Positions 9,371-19,252 of a DNA stretch of 64,000 nt are shown in pieces. The stretch is from contig JAHPZJ010000013.1 of assembly GCA_019058245.1 (NCBI GenBank), positions 137,166 to 201,165 on the forward strand, given 5' to 3'. The stretch comes from Promethearchaeota archaeon (GTDB taxonomy: Archaea > Asgardarchaeota > Lokiarchaeia > Sigyniarchaeales > SOKP01). A model generated the notes under the pieces. The model searched no databases. It was not told where the DNA came from and was given only the letters and a program-made list of their open reading frames with translations. Made by a program: the position numbers and the translations under genes. The stretch's first letter is position 1, and every line of letters starts with the position of its first letter.

Positions 9371-10375
9371 TTAAGAATGTTTTGAACCTTTACCTTCTTT
9401 ATGTGAAAAAATTTTATACAAGCCTATTAGTAGGGTAAAGATGGCAAAGCATAAAAATAAAATAAAAGCTGAAGTTGCTAATATAACAAAATCGCTCCAA
9501 GTAAGAGTACCTGCACTTATATACAGATAAATTATTTGTACAATTGATTTCATCAATATTACAAACAATGCAATGGTATCCGCTCCTAATATCTTAATTG
9601 TTTCTTTAATATATTCAACTCTTTCAAATATAGATCCAATAATATATAAGAAAATAAATAAATCAATAAAAAAAGAAACGAAAGTATAGACATTATTTTG
9701 TATAAAATCTAATGAACAACTTATGATAAGATAGAGCATGTAGATAAAAGTTAAAAGATAGAAAAAAGAAATATAAGCAGGAAATTTTTTAGTAAATATC
9801 AATCTTAATAATGCGAATACCAATAATACACCGTCAATTACTATAAGGATTAGAAAAACTCTTTTAATGATATCTATTAAAATAGAAGTTCTAAACAATC
9901 TTAAAATAAAAATTACAACCAATATAGTAAGAATTAGGAAAATAATGAATTCTAAAATTCTTAAAAATATTCGAGATGACTTTTTTTTATATAAATAGTC
10001 ATCTACCGTAGTAGATGTATCCATACAAAATTTGAAAGCAAAAAATGAGGTTAATATTAGGTTAGCAAAAAAACAAAAATAATAAAATAAAGCAATAAAA
10101 TTAAAAAAAATGATAAAAACAGGTATTGCCAAGATTATTGAAGTTATTACTAAAAATGCTTTTCTTTCATCAAGGTTGAAAAAAATTGTTAGAATTAGTA
10201 AGATGAAGGTAAATCCTGAAAAAAAAACCCAAGTTATTACAAGAATTATATCTAAAATGAGACTATTGATTGCTAAATTAACAAGTAATAAAAACCAAAA
10301 ACTTATGAAAATAATAATAATTATCGATAAAACTTTCTTCTTTGACAGATTTTTTAAGCCTGTAATGAATCTCAT
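9371..10375 (-). CDS. Polytopic membrane protein of unknown function
   Basis: 334-aa ORF with about 10 hydrophobic segments. Confidence 0.75.
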   Translation of the reverse strand: MRFITGLKNLSKKKVLSIIIIIFISFWFLLLVNLAINSLILDIILVITWVFFSGFTFILLILTIFFNLDERKAFLVITSIILAIPVFIIFFNFIALFYYFCFFANLILTSFFAFKFCMDTSTTVDDYLYKKKSSRIFLRILEFIIFLILTILVVIFILRLFRTSILIDIIKRVFLILIVIDGVLLVFALLRLIFTKKFPAYISFFYLLTFIYMLYLIISCSLDFIQNNVYTFVSFFIDLFIFLYIIGSIFERVEYIKETIKILGADTIALFVILMKSIVQIIYLYISAGTLTWSDFVILATSAFILFLCFAIFTLLIGLYKIFSHKEGKGSKHS

Positions 10376-10594
10376 GATACTTGCAATCTTAAAGCTTTCT
10401 TTAATATAGAACTTTTAATATATCATATTTTAATTATTTTGTTTTTTAGAGGAAACATTAATAATTTTTCTTTTATGTCCATAATTATTAAATTCAGTAA
10501 TCAACTGATTTGTAAAATAATAAAACAACGTTTAAATCTTTCAAATAATTTTAATTCATATATAATTTTATAAGTTAGAGAAAAAAAGACTGAA

Positions 10595-11872
10595 GTGTTA
10601 AAAGTTAGAAACCGTTGGATTGTTGTCATTGGTGCTATATTGATACAAATCGCATTAGGAACAATTTATTGTTGGGGTACTCTTACTATTTTTGTAAGTC
10701 CATATTTAAATGAACCTAAAGAAGCAACAGTATATATTTTTGGAGTAGGATTATTAACCTTTGCTATTGTTATGATTTTCGCAGGACAATTACAAAATAA
10801 ATATGGTCCTAAGAAGATAGCGATATTGGGAGGCATTTTACTTGGAGCTGGAGTTATATTATCTGCTGCTATGACTACTTTTACTGGCTTATTATTCACA
10901 TATGGGATTCTTTTTGGAGCAGGAATTGGATTTGGATACGTATGCCCTATAGCTTGTGCAAGCAAATGGTTTCCTGATAAAAAAGGATTTATTAATGGAA
11001 TCGCTGTGGCAGGTTTTGGAGCAGGATCCTTTATCTTTAATTATGTAATAAAAGCTCTTGCTAATCCTAATAATTTAGAAACTACAGATTCCAATTTTAT
11101 ATCAACTATTAGTAATAATATGCCTATAATGTTTATTGTCTTAGGAATTATATACTTAGTTTTAGTAATTGGAGGGTCTTTTACTTTAAATAACCCTCCA
11201 GAAGGATGGAAACCAGAGGGTTGGAACCCCCTTCCCCCCTCAGAAGAAAGTGGAATTTCAGGTATCGAATTTGAACGATATCAAACAATAAAATTACCTC
11301 AATTCTGGATGCTTTGGGCTACTTTTGTTTTAAGTGCAATGTCGGGCTTAATGGTGATAGGCTCTTATTCATCTTTTGCAAAAACTGTCGATGCTACGGA
11401 TAATTTTATTTATGTAATAGGTACTGTTGATTTTGTATTAATAGGCAGTTTAGCAGCATTATTCAACGGATTAGGAAGAATTTTATGGGGTAAATTAGCC
11501 GATATAATAACATATAAAAAAGCTATGTTAGTAATGTTCATAACTCAAGCAATTCTGATGAGTATTTATTTTACTTCAAATATTAACGGGCTTTATTTTA
11601 TGTTTATGACTTGTGCCATATACTTCTGCTTCGGTGGTAATTTTAGTTTATTTCCTACTGCAACAGCGGATTTATTTGGTCCAGAAAACTTAGGGCCTAA
11701 TTATGGCGTAGTGTTTACCGCTTATGGAATTGCAGGATTTGTGGGCGCCGTTGGTGTAAATATATTTGTAACTGCTTTCGGAAGTTATTTAGTGTTATTT
11801 ATAGTAATGAGCATTTTATCTATAGGAGCTGCGATATTAGCTTTTTTAATAAAGCCACCAAAAACAAGATAA
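10595..11872 (+). CDS. MFS transporter, oxalate/formate antiporter (OFA) family
   Basis: GTIYCWG, KWFPDKKG, GFGAGS, FNGLGRILWGKLAD, NYGVVFTAYG. Confidence 0.9.
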   Translation: MLKVRNRWIVVIGAILIQIALGTIYCWGTLTIFVSPYLNEPKEATVYIFGVGLLTFAIVMIFAGQLQNKYGPKKIAILGGILLGAGVILSAAMTTFTGLLFTYGILFGAGIGFGYVCPIACASKWFPDKKGFINGIAVAGFGAGSFIFNYVIKALANPNNLETTDSNFISTISNNMPIMFIVLGIIYLVLVIGGSFTLNNPPEGWKPEGWNPLPPSEESGISGIEFERYQTIKLPQFWMLWATFVLSAMSGLMVIGSYSSFAKTVDATDNFIYVIGTVDFVLIGSLAALFNGLGRILWGKLADIITYKKAMLVMFITQAILMSIYFTSNINGLYFMFMTCAIYFCFGGNFSLFPTATADLFGPENLGPNYGVVFTAYGIAGFVGAVGVNIFVTAFGSYLVLFIVMSILSIGAAILAFLIKPPKTR

Positions 11873-11999
11873 TTTTTTTTCTTTACTTTAGATTGAGATT
11901 TATTCAATTCTAAATTTTTTTTAATTGACAATATTGTAATAAAAAGTAATTTTAAAGTAAAACTGAAATTTTTTTATTAGATACATATTTTTTAAAATT

Positions 12000-12509
12000 A
12001 TGACAGAACCAAGTAAGCAAATTAGTCAAAAGGCTTTTGAATTAGGAAAAAAAAATGAATTAACATGTACGGGATGTGCTCAATCAGCAACAGCAGCCGT
12101 TCTTGATTCGTTGGGGATATGGAGTGAAGATGTTTTTAAAGCAGCAAGTGGTTTAGCAGATGGATTAGGATTGACGGGAGACGGTTCATGCGGAGCCTTA
12201 GTAGGGGCTTCAATGGTAATCGGATATTTATTTGGGAGAGAACGGAAAGATTTTAAAGATAGGATGGCACCGCTGAAGTCTTACAAAATGGTTAAACAAT
12301 TACATGATAAATATCTAAAAGAGTATGGATCCTGTCGATGTCATGACGTTCAAGAAAAGTTGGTGGGAAGGACATACAATTTCTGGGATCCTGCTGATAT
12401 GGAAGCAGCTTTCAATTCAGATGTGGGTGAGCATTGTTCAACTCTAGTGGGTAATATTGCTAAAATTGCTACCGAAATAATCCTAGAAAATGGATTTATT
12501 CCTAAATAA
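12000..12509 (+). CDS. C_GCAxxG_C_C family putative redox protein
   Basis: GCAQS, SCGALVG, GSCRC, HCS. Confidence 0.9.
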   Translation: MTEPSKQISQKAFELGKKNELTCTGCAQSATAAVLDSLGIWSEDVFKAASGLADGLGLTGDGSCGALVGASMVIGYLFGRERKDFKDRMAPLKSYKMVKQLHDKYLKEYGSCRCHDVQEKLVGRTYNFWDPADMEAAFNSDVGEHCSTLVGNIAKIATEIILENGFIPK

Positions 12510-12592
12510 AATGTTTATTATTTGAAAATTTAATATTCTGAAATTTGTCGGACTCCTTTGATTTATTTTAGAATCTTTTTTTTTTTTAAAAT

Positions 12593-12757
12593 GTGACAAA
12601 ACAAAAATCATATTATGATTGGGAATTAGCTTTACGGACTAAGCCTTTACAAAGAAAAAAAAAGAAGAGTATTGATGAAATAATTAATACCCTGGATATT
12701 CCTCATAATGAATTTAAAAAATTCCTTAAATTATGGAAGAGTAAAAATATAATATAA
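12593..12757 (+). pseudogene. 54-codon ORF or gene remnant inside repeat copy 1
   Basis: VTKQKSYYDWELALRTKPL...FLKLWKSKNII* is open in copy 1 and broken by stops or indels in copies 2 and 3. Confidence 0.35.
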
Positions 12758-12865
12758 TAAGATAAAATTTTAAATTTAGAGTATAAATCAATCAGTAATA
12801 ATTTATATTTAACCCTATAATATTTCCTAGAAACGAGATAATAAATTAATGTGGAATTACATAAG

Positions 12866-13453
12866 TTAGGGTCGTAAATTTATTGCCAATAAAGCAAATA
12901 CAACGATTAAAACTAGAGCAAACATTACTGAACTCGCTAAGATGATTTTATAGTGATATTGGTTTTCTAGTTTCTCTCGATACTGTATTCTTTTATTTTC
13001 TAATGCCCTTTGGATATTATCCCATTGTTGAAATTCTTTTCCAATTCCAATATTTATGTTTCTATTATTAACGTAATATCTTCCAATACCTCTGGCTAGT
13101 AAGGGTTTATTCCTATTTCTCTTCGAATATTTAACATGAACATTTATTCTATAACACAAATAACAAAAATCTATAAAAAAAAGAAAAAATAATGGAGACA
13201 TAAAGGAATATAGTAAACCACCAAGAAGGAGGATATCGGAATAATACGTATATAAAGGATTGTTTCTAATGAAAGTATAAATAGTTAATGCTAATATTAC
13301 AATTGATATTAGAATACCTATAATTGAGAGACCTAGAATATCATGAAAAATAATTAAAGGCAATATAATATTAAGAGAATTGAGTACCGCTAATATGATA
13401 TCAATATAATTGATAGTGCTCTTTTTGGAATCTTGTTCATCGGTAATAGTCAT
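12866..13453 (-). CDS. Membrane protein, paralog 1
   Basis: Shares QDSKKS, LSIIGI, YTFIRNNPLY and QQWDNI with 13760-14353. Confidence 0.8.
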   Translation of the reverse strand: MTITDEQDSKKSTINYIDIILAVLNSLNIILPLIIFHDILGLSIIGILISIVILALTIYTFIRNNPLYTYYSDILLLGGLLYSFMSPLFFLFFIDFCYLCYRINVHVKYSKRNRNKPLLARGIGRYYVNNRNINIGIGKEFQQWDNIQRALENKRIQYREKLENQYHYKIILASSVMFALVLIVVFALLAINLRP

Positions 13454-13759
13454 TTTAATTTCTAAATGTTTGGTTTTCTTATTGAAAATTATTAACTATT
13501 GATTAAATATGATATTTAAATATTTTGAAAGGTCAAATAACTCCAGAAAATGGATTTATTTCTAGATATAATATTTATTATTTGAAGATTTAATATTCTG
13601 ATATTTTTCAAACTCCTTTGATTTATTTTAGATTTTTTCTTAAAGATTTGACAAAATTAGAATTATATTATGATTAGGAATTAGCTTTATCGACTAAAAT
13701 TTAGCAAAGAAAAGAAGGAAGAAATATTATAAAAAAATAACAAATAACCTTATCAGTGA

Positions 13760-14353
13760 TTAATAGCCCGATGCATAATTTATTGTGATTAATATGAATA
13801 TAACAAAAAAACTTACAGCAAATACAAGAGAAATTATACTAATTTTTGTAGCATTATATTGTTTTTCAATTATGTCTCTCCGTTTAAGTTTTTGATTTTC
13901 TAATTCATGACTGATGTTATCCCATTGTTGAGTTAAGCGTATCGCATTAAAACTGTATAGACCCCCTGCTCTCATCACGAAACGTTGTTTAGCAATGCTA
14001 TTTATTGTCGAAGTGTGACTATTACTTCCTATTAAATAATACAAATATACTATTTCTGGAATTAAAAAAATCCCCAATATAAGATATTTTGTTAATAATA
14101 GACTTAAAAACAGTATAGCAAATAAAAGAATTATATAACAGTAATATAAATATAAAGGGTTATTCCTTATGAAAGTATAAGTGGCCAATGATAAGATCCC
14201 AACTGATAAATAAATACCTATAATTGAGAGTATTATATTTTCATGGAAAATGATTAAAGCGAATATAATAATAAAGAAATTAATTACTGCTATTACAATA
14301 TCAGAATATTTAAGAAAACTTTTTTTAGAATCTTGCTTATTATCAATCGACAT
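13760..14353 (-). CDS. Membrane protein, paralog 2
   Basis: Tandem paralog of 12866-13453; the upstream region is duplicated too. Confidence 0.8.
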   Translation of the reverse strand: MSIDNKQDSKKSFLKYSDIVIAVINFFIIIFALIIFHENIILSIIGIYLSVGILSLATYTFIRNNPLYLYYCYIILLFAILFLSLLLTKYLILGIFLIPEIVYLYYLIGSNSHTSTINSIAKQRFVMRAGGLYSFNAIRLTQQWDNISHELENQKLKRRDIIEKQYNATKISIISLVFAVSFFVIFILITINYASGY

Positions 14354-14714
14354 TTTAATTTATAAATACTTTGGATTTTTATTGATAATTATTAATTATT
14401 GATTAAAAACAATATTTAAGTGTTTTGAAAGGGTAAATAATCCCAGAAAATGGATTTATTCCTTAAATAAAATATTTATTATTTGAAAATTTAATATTCT
14501 GATTGAAATATGCACAATTCCTTTGATTTATTTTAGGAGGTTTTTTTAAAAATACAACAAAACAAGAATTATATTATTGGGAATTAGCTTTATGGACTTA
14601 ACCTTCCTAAAGGAAAAAAATGTAAAAACAGTATGAAAAAACTACAATTCTGGATATTTTCCTTAATGAATCTAAGAAATTCATTTATTAAATTTTAAGC
14701 TCAATTTTGACAAA

Positions 14715-15065
14715 AGTTAAAAAGGACGAGAAGTTGCAATTGAATACTCAGGGCATCAATTGCAATGGTCTTGTTGTATCTTACATAAAGTAAGAATGAC
14801 TTCAATACAATCAATCTGCATCGGGAAAAGAAATACCGTTCATCGAATAATTGCTTATTCTATGATTGGTGTTATCGTTAAATAACCCTTCTAGTTCTTT
14901 CGAATTAGACGGATCGAACTCCGAATATAAGCCTATAAGTTTATATATCTGTTCTAATTGTGCTTTTACACACAATTTCTTTTCATATCGCTACTGATAA
15001 CCTTTCGGTTCCTATGCACTGAAGTTACAATACCACTTCTCACCGTTCATACCGGTAAGTATAAA
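14715..15065 (-). ncRNA. Candidate ~350-nt structured non-coding RNA, family unknown
   Basis: No long ORF, GC raised locally, nested long-range helices, two GAAA tetraloops, upstream TTTAAATA box (~15088-15095) and downstream U-rich tract. Confidence 0.75.
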
Positions 15066-15209
15066 CAAGATATGATTAAATTGAATTATATTTAAAGAAA
15101 CCTATTAATCATTTATTAAATATTAAACATTATAATATGAAACCATAGATTTTTTATGTCGAAGTTATAGAAGAAAATTAAAAGTTAATTTCATTTTAAT
15201 GAGAAAATG

Positions 15210-15314
15210 TTATACAAATAAGCCAACGATTATCAAAAAACAAATGCCTAAAGCGATTAAACCAGAAATTCCAAGAAGAGTCATTAGAATTTCATAAATC
15301 TCTTTAATTTTCAT
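15210..15314 (-). CDS. 34-aa single-TM microprotein
   Basis: MKIKEIYEILMTLLGISGLIALGICFLIIVGLFV*, manually translated. Confidence 0.6.
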   Translation of the reverse strand: MKIKEIYEILMTLLGISGLIALGICFLIIVGLFV

Positions 15315-15753
15315 TTTTTTTAATTTTTCGCCTTTTTCTTATTTTTTATATTTATATCCCTACTCATATATATAAAAATATATATTTAAAGGTTATGCTT
15401 AGGATTTGAAAGATCTCTCATTTTTTATGTTCTAGATCAATTAAAACCTTTTATATATATTCATATATATTTATTCAAAATATATTTCTTTAAAAAAAAA
15501 TTGAGATTCATTGTCTTTGTTTAACTAAATCAAATTCTCATTAAAATATCTATATATTGATATCGTTAATAATATCGTTTCATGTTTAAGCATAGTCTTT
15601 AATTTATGCGTAGTATGTTTTAATAAAAAGTTTCAGTTTTTTCAAAATCTTTTAGTCTCTAACTGATTTTTTAAAAGTCACGTGTCTTTAATATTTTATA
15701 TAAAAATTATAAATACATAAAAATTAGTAAATCAGCATATATGAAATTGAATA

Positions 15754-16557
15754 TTGTTGATCAAAAAGCATTGTATTATGGTTTCTAATCAAAAAAATGT
15801 TCTTAATGGCTCACAAAGCAATTTTCAAAAATCTCATAATAATATTGAAAAATTATTATTTAGTAGTGCATATACTTCTAATAATTTTAATAAAATACCT
15901 CCTATAATTGGTTGTTTAACAGCAGATCGGTATGGAAATACACTTATGGTTTTTGAATATAATTTAAAAAACCAAGACAATTATGGTCCAATCAAATCTT
16001 ATTTATCGGAAGATGAGAAAAGTTTACTAGAAATTGATTTAATTTCCATGTATTTTAGTTCATTAAAAATATTCGCAGGGCAAACAAATATACAGAATTT
16101 ATCTAATTTAGAAATTCATGGATCTAATATCAAAATTTTAATCTTTTTTCTTTTTGAAAATTATATGATAATATTATTTCTTAATTCTAAAACAGAATTA
16201 AGTTTAAAAGAGAAATCTTGTATTGTAGAATATTTTAAAGATAAAATTAAAAAATTTCAATTTGAGTTTAAATATTTTAATGCTTCAAAATCTAGAAAAG
16301 TCTTCAAAATATTAGAAAATAAGGGGAATGCGTGGCTTAAAAAGCTAAATCGAAATTATTTACAGAATTTTAAAAAATCTTATTTTAAAAAGCATGAAAT
16401 GATTGAAGAAATCAAAAGTAGGATAGCTCCAATAATAGAAAGAGTTCTCCATGAATACTTTGAGAATATTCAAGAAGATATTGTTAGTAATGTATCAAAG
16501 GAAATTCAAAATCAAATTCAAGATAAATTATTTAATTTTAAAACAAATTTAATCTAA
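15754..16557 (+). CDS. Hypothetical protein with a longin/roadblock-like segment
   Basis: GCLTADRYGNTL...LISMYFSSLKIFAGQ...LEIHGSNIKI; start may be the ATG at 15778. Confidence 0.6.
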   Translation: MLIKKHCIMVSNQKNVLNGSQSNFQKSHNNIEKLLFSSAYTSNNFNKIPPIIGCLTADRYGNTLMVFEYNLKNQDNYGPIKSYLSEDEKSLLEIDLISMYFSSLKIFAGQTNIQNLSNLEIHGSNIKILIFFLFENYMIILFLNSKTELSLKEKSCIVEYFKDKIKKFQFEFKYFNASKSRKVFKILENKGNAWLKKLNRNYLQNFKKSYFKKHEMIEEIKSRIAPIIERVLHEYFENIQEDIVSNVSKEIQNQIQDKLFNFKTNLI

Positions 16558-16619
16558 ATATTTATTCTGTTTATAAGGAAAAAAATATTTTCACACTGTT
16601 AAATTATTTAAATTTTAAT

Positions 16620-16994
16620 CTATTTAATTTTATGAGAAAGTTTATGCATAATCCACCAGTGACCATTTAATTTCATCAAATTAAAGTAATCAATATATCC
16701 CACCGTTTCACATTCAATTTTAATTTTTACAGCAGCAATATTCTCTGTTATATCAATATAATAAAAATGAGTTTTCCAAGTCAAATTGTTATTTACTTCT
16801 TTAGGATTATACCACGATAAATATTCCTCTTTATCAACAATCCAAAGCTTATTATCTTTATCAAATAAAAAGAATTTCCATTCATCATGTAATATTTGTT
16901 TATACAATTCTGGGTTATTTTTAGCATGACCTTCATGGTAAAAATCCATAATGGCTTTTTTAATCACTTCTTTTTCAGTATGAGTTCTAGACAT
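16620..16994 (-). CDS. NTF2-like (lumazine-binding 2) protein
   Basis: IDITENIAAVKI...YIDYFNLMKLNGHWWIMHK. Confidence 0.85.
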   Translation of the reverse strand: MSRTHTEKEVIKKAIMDFYHEGHAKNNPELYKQILHDEWKFFLFDKDNKLWIVDKEEYLSWYNPKEVNNNLTWKTHFYYIDITENIAAVKIKIECETVGYIDYFNLMKLNGHWWIMHKLSHKIK

Positions 16995-17052
16995 AGTTTA
17001 ATATTTAGAATTTAGACCTCTACTTATAAATATAAATTGTCTTAAATACTTA

Positions 17053-17271
17053 TTAAATATGAGAATTTCTATTCTTTTTCTTCCTGACAATCAATAATCC
17101 AAGAAGTATAAAAATAAAGTCAAAAGAGATATCTCTCATAAGAATGAAAACTCCTAAAGGAATTAAGGCTAGGTTAATAATGAATACTACGATTACATAT
17201 CCAACTGAAGATGCTCCAACTATAAATAGAAAATAACCAAAAATTAAATCAAATTCAATTTTTTTTTTCAT
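17053..17271 (-). CDS. Small two-TM membrane protein
   Basis: 72 aa with two hydrophobic helices and a basic tail. Confidence 0.6.
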   Translation of the reverse strand: MKKKIEFDLIFGYFLFIVGASSVGYVIVVFIINLALIPLGVFILMRDISFDFIFILLGLLIVRKKKNRNSHI

Positions 17272-17422
17272 TATTCACGCTAGAAAATTATTATATTTCG
17301 ATTTCCGACAATATATCTTAATTGTTACAAATATATGAAATAAGAATATTTAATTGATTCGATTTTAGCAATATTTCTACATCAAAGAAATTCCATATTT
17401 TAAAGAATAAAATTTATTAGTC

Positions 17423-18397
17423 TTATTTGACAAGATTTTTCAATATTTGCTCAAGTTCTTGGTATAAATGGGGGTAAAGTCTCGCGAATAAGCGATACCA
17501 ATCTATCCCAATCATTGCTCCAGCAATTAAACAAAGAATAATACCCATAAGGACAATTATTTCGTGATTAATTTTAAAAAGGATTTCTGGTAAAAAATCT
17601 GTTCCATGTATAAATAGATTAACAGAAAAACTACTGAATAATATTCCAAAAGGATATAGTAATAATTTTGGAAATTTAAAGAAATTGAGAGAATCTGCAT
17701 CAATTGGATTGAATATTGATGACACATTTATAGAATTGTTACTTCTTCTTTTCTCGAAAAATTTCAATTTGAAAAAATCTCTCCAATCTCTAAAAATCAG
17801 AAAACTTCCACTAAATAAAAACAAAAATAATAGAATCATATCAAGAGCTAAATAAATCCTTAATTGAGTCTTCAAGATTTTATATTGAATCATAATAGAT
17901 CTTATTATCCAAAAAAAAATACCAATGAGAATGAATAAAATACCAAAAAATCCTTCATGAATATGATATTTTCGAATTAATTTTCGTTTCTTATCCTGAT
18001 TTGAATTATTTTTAATATATTTAAAGAAATTTAGTATCAAACCAGGTGATACTATAGAAAAACAAATAATAGCAGTAGCATCTTGAACAATACCCATATT
18101 TAAGAAATTAATTTTAAAATTAAAAAATTCAAAAAAATATATTAAAATCCATATTGGAGTTCCAGTTAATATTATTATAAAGAATATTTTATTGTATATG
18201 TTTAAATTAATCAAAAAAAAAAGAAAATAAAAATATAAGATAAAATAACTAATAGTAAACGTCCAACTAACCTGTGATTCAATTGAAGTCTCATCAAATT
18301 GTTGATTATAATAATAAAAATAAGAAAGAACAATTATGCTAAAAAAAACAAAAGAAATTAAAATTGCTTTTTTTAAATAGAAAAGATAAGTATTCAT
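17423..18397 (-). CDS. Polytopic membrane protein with a YHIHEG motif
   Basis: 324 aa, multiple TM segments. Confidence 0.7.
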   Translation of the reverse strand: MNTYLFYLKKAILISFVFFSIIVLSYFYYYNQQFDETSIESQVSWTFTISYFILYFYFLFFLINLNIYNKIFFIIILTGTPIWILIYFFEFFNFKINFLNMGIVQDATAIICFSIVSPGLILNFFKYIKNNSNQDKKRKLIRKYHIHEGFFGILFILIGIFFWIIRSIMIQYKILKTQLRIYLALDMILLFLFLFSGSFLIFRDWRDFFKLKFFEKRRSNNSINVSSIFNPIDADSLNFFKFPKLLLYPFGILFSSFSVNLFIHGTDFLPEILFKINHEIIVLMGIILCLIAGAMIGIDWYRLFARLYPHLYQELEQILKNLVK

Positions 18398-18596
18398 TAA
18401 ACCCTTTAAAATTCCTTTAAATATTAAAATTCTTATTACTTATTCTTAGTTTTATTTATTAAGAATTCAATAAAAAATTCTTTTTTAAAATCCTATAAAA
18501 CTTCAAAATTATTCCAAAGGATTTTATAATATCTCATTGATGTTGTTTACTTAAGTTAAATAAAATTTTAAATTAAATCAAAAAAGTGTGATATAT

Positions 18597-18935
18597 ATGA
18601 GTTTTGATGATTTTGATGAGGATTTAGATTTAGCTGGGGAAAAACCAGTAAGATCCAAAACTCCTGCTTCTAAAACTCCTACAGCAGGTAAAAAAGTAAC
18701 TTTGTATTTTATGTCAACCATCGGACCAGGTGAAAAAAAGGAAAAATTAACAGTTAATAACAATAATAGAGTAAAAGATATTAAAAGGACTCTAGGTAAT
18801 CTGTATGGACTTAATCCTAACGATTTTCATTTATCATCTGGTGGAGTTACAATGGATGAAAATAGTCAATTGGATGATTATAGTGTAAATGATGGTGATG
18901 ATATTCTTTTAATCCCTGCAAGTACAGCAGGTTAA
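18597..18935 (+). CDS. Ubiquitin-like protein with acidic disordered N-terminal extension
   Basis: KLTVNNNNRVKDIKRTL...FHLSSGGVTMDENSQLDDYSVNDGDDILLI matches the ubiquitin pattern; ends STAG; followed by a T-tract. Confidence 0.8.
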   Translation: MSFDDFDEDLDLAGEKPVRSKTPASKTPTAGKKVTLYFMSTIGPGEKKEKLTVNNNNRVKDIKRTLGNLYGLNPNDFHLSSGGVTMDENSQLDDYSVNDGDDILLIPASTAG

Positions 18936-19252
18936 ATTTCTTTTTTTTTTTTTAATTTTCTTCTTTAGATTTCTAAAAACGAGTTTTCAACTTTTTTAGG
19001 TTTAGATTAACAGAATAGAATAAAAACAGAAAGCACATTAATTTTTAAGTATGAAATGCAAGAGGGACAAAAACAAATTTTGAAATGAGTGATGTAATGT
19101 GAAATATTGGATTTAAATAGAATGATTTAAGAAATACAATCTTATAAATTATAGCCAAGAACTTTTAAAATTAAAAATTATTAATTGATTTAATATAATC
19201 CTTTGATCTTATGACTCCAAATAAACAATACTTTATAATCTAATAATTTTTT

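Larger units (their letters stand above)
12485..14690 (+). repeat. Three diverged ~200-240 bp direct repeats (starts 12485, 13545, 14445) bounding a tandem gene duplication
   Basis: All three copies share AGAAAATGGATTTATT...TTTATTATTTGAA.ATTTAATATTCTGA...TCCTTTGATTTATTTTAG...GGAATTAGCTTTA. Confidence 0.9.

Noticed and set aside
12485-14690. CRISPR array or IS element
   Set aside because: Repeats are about 200 bp, degenerate and separated by whole genes; no cas or transposase gene and no terminal inverted repeats.
14715-15065. RNase P RNA, SRP RNA, tRNA or group II intron identity for the structured RNA
   Set aside because: No GAGGAAAGUCC-type P4 motif, no SRP helix-8 motif, no cloverleaf around the GUUCGA loop and no domain V.
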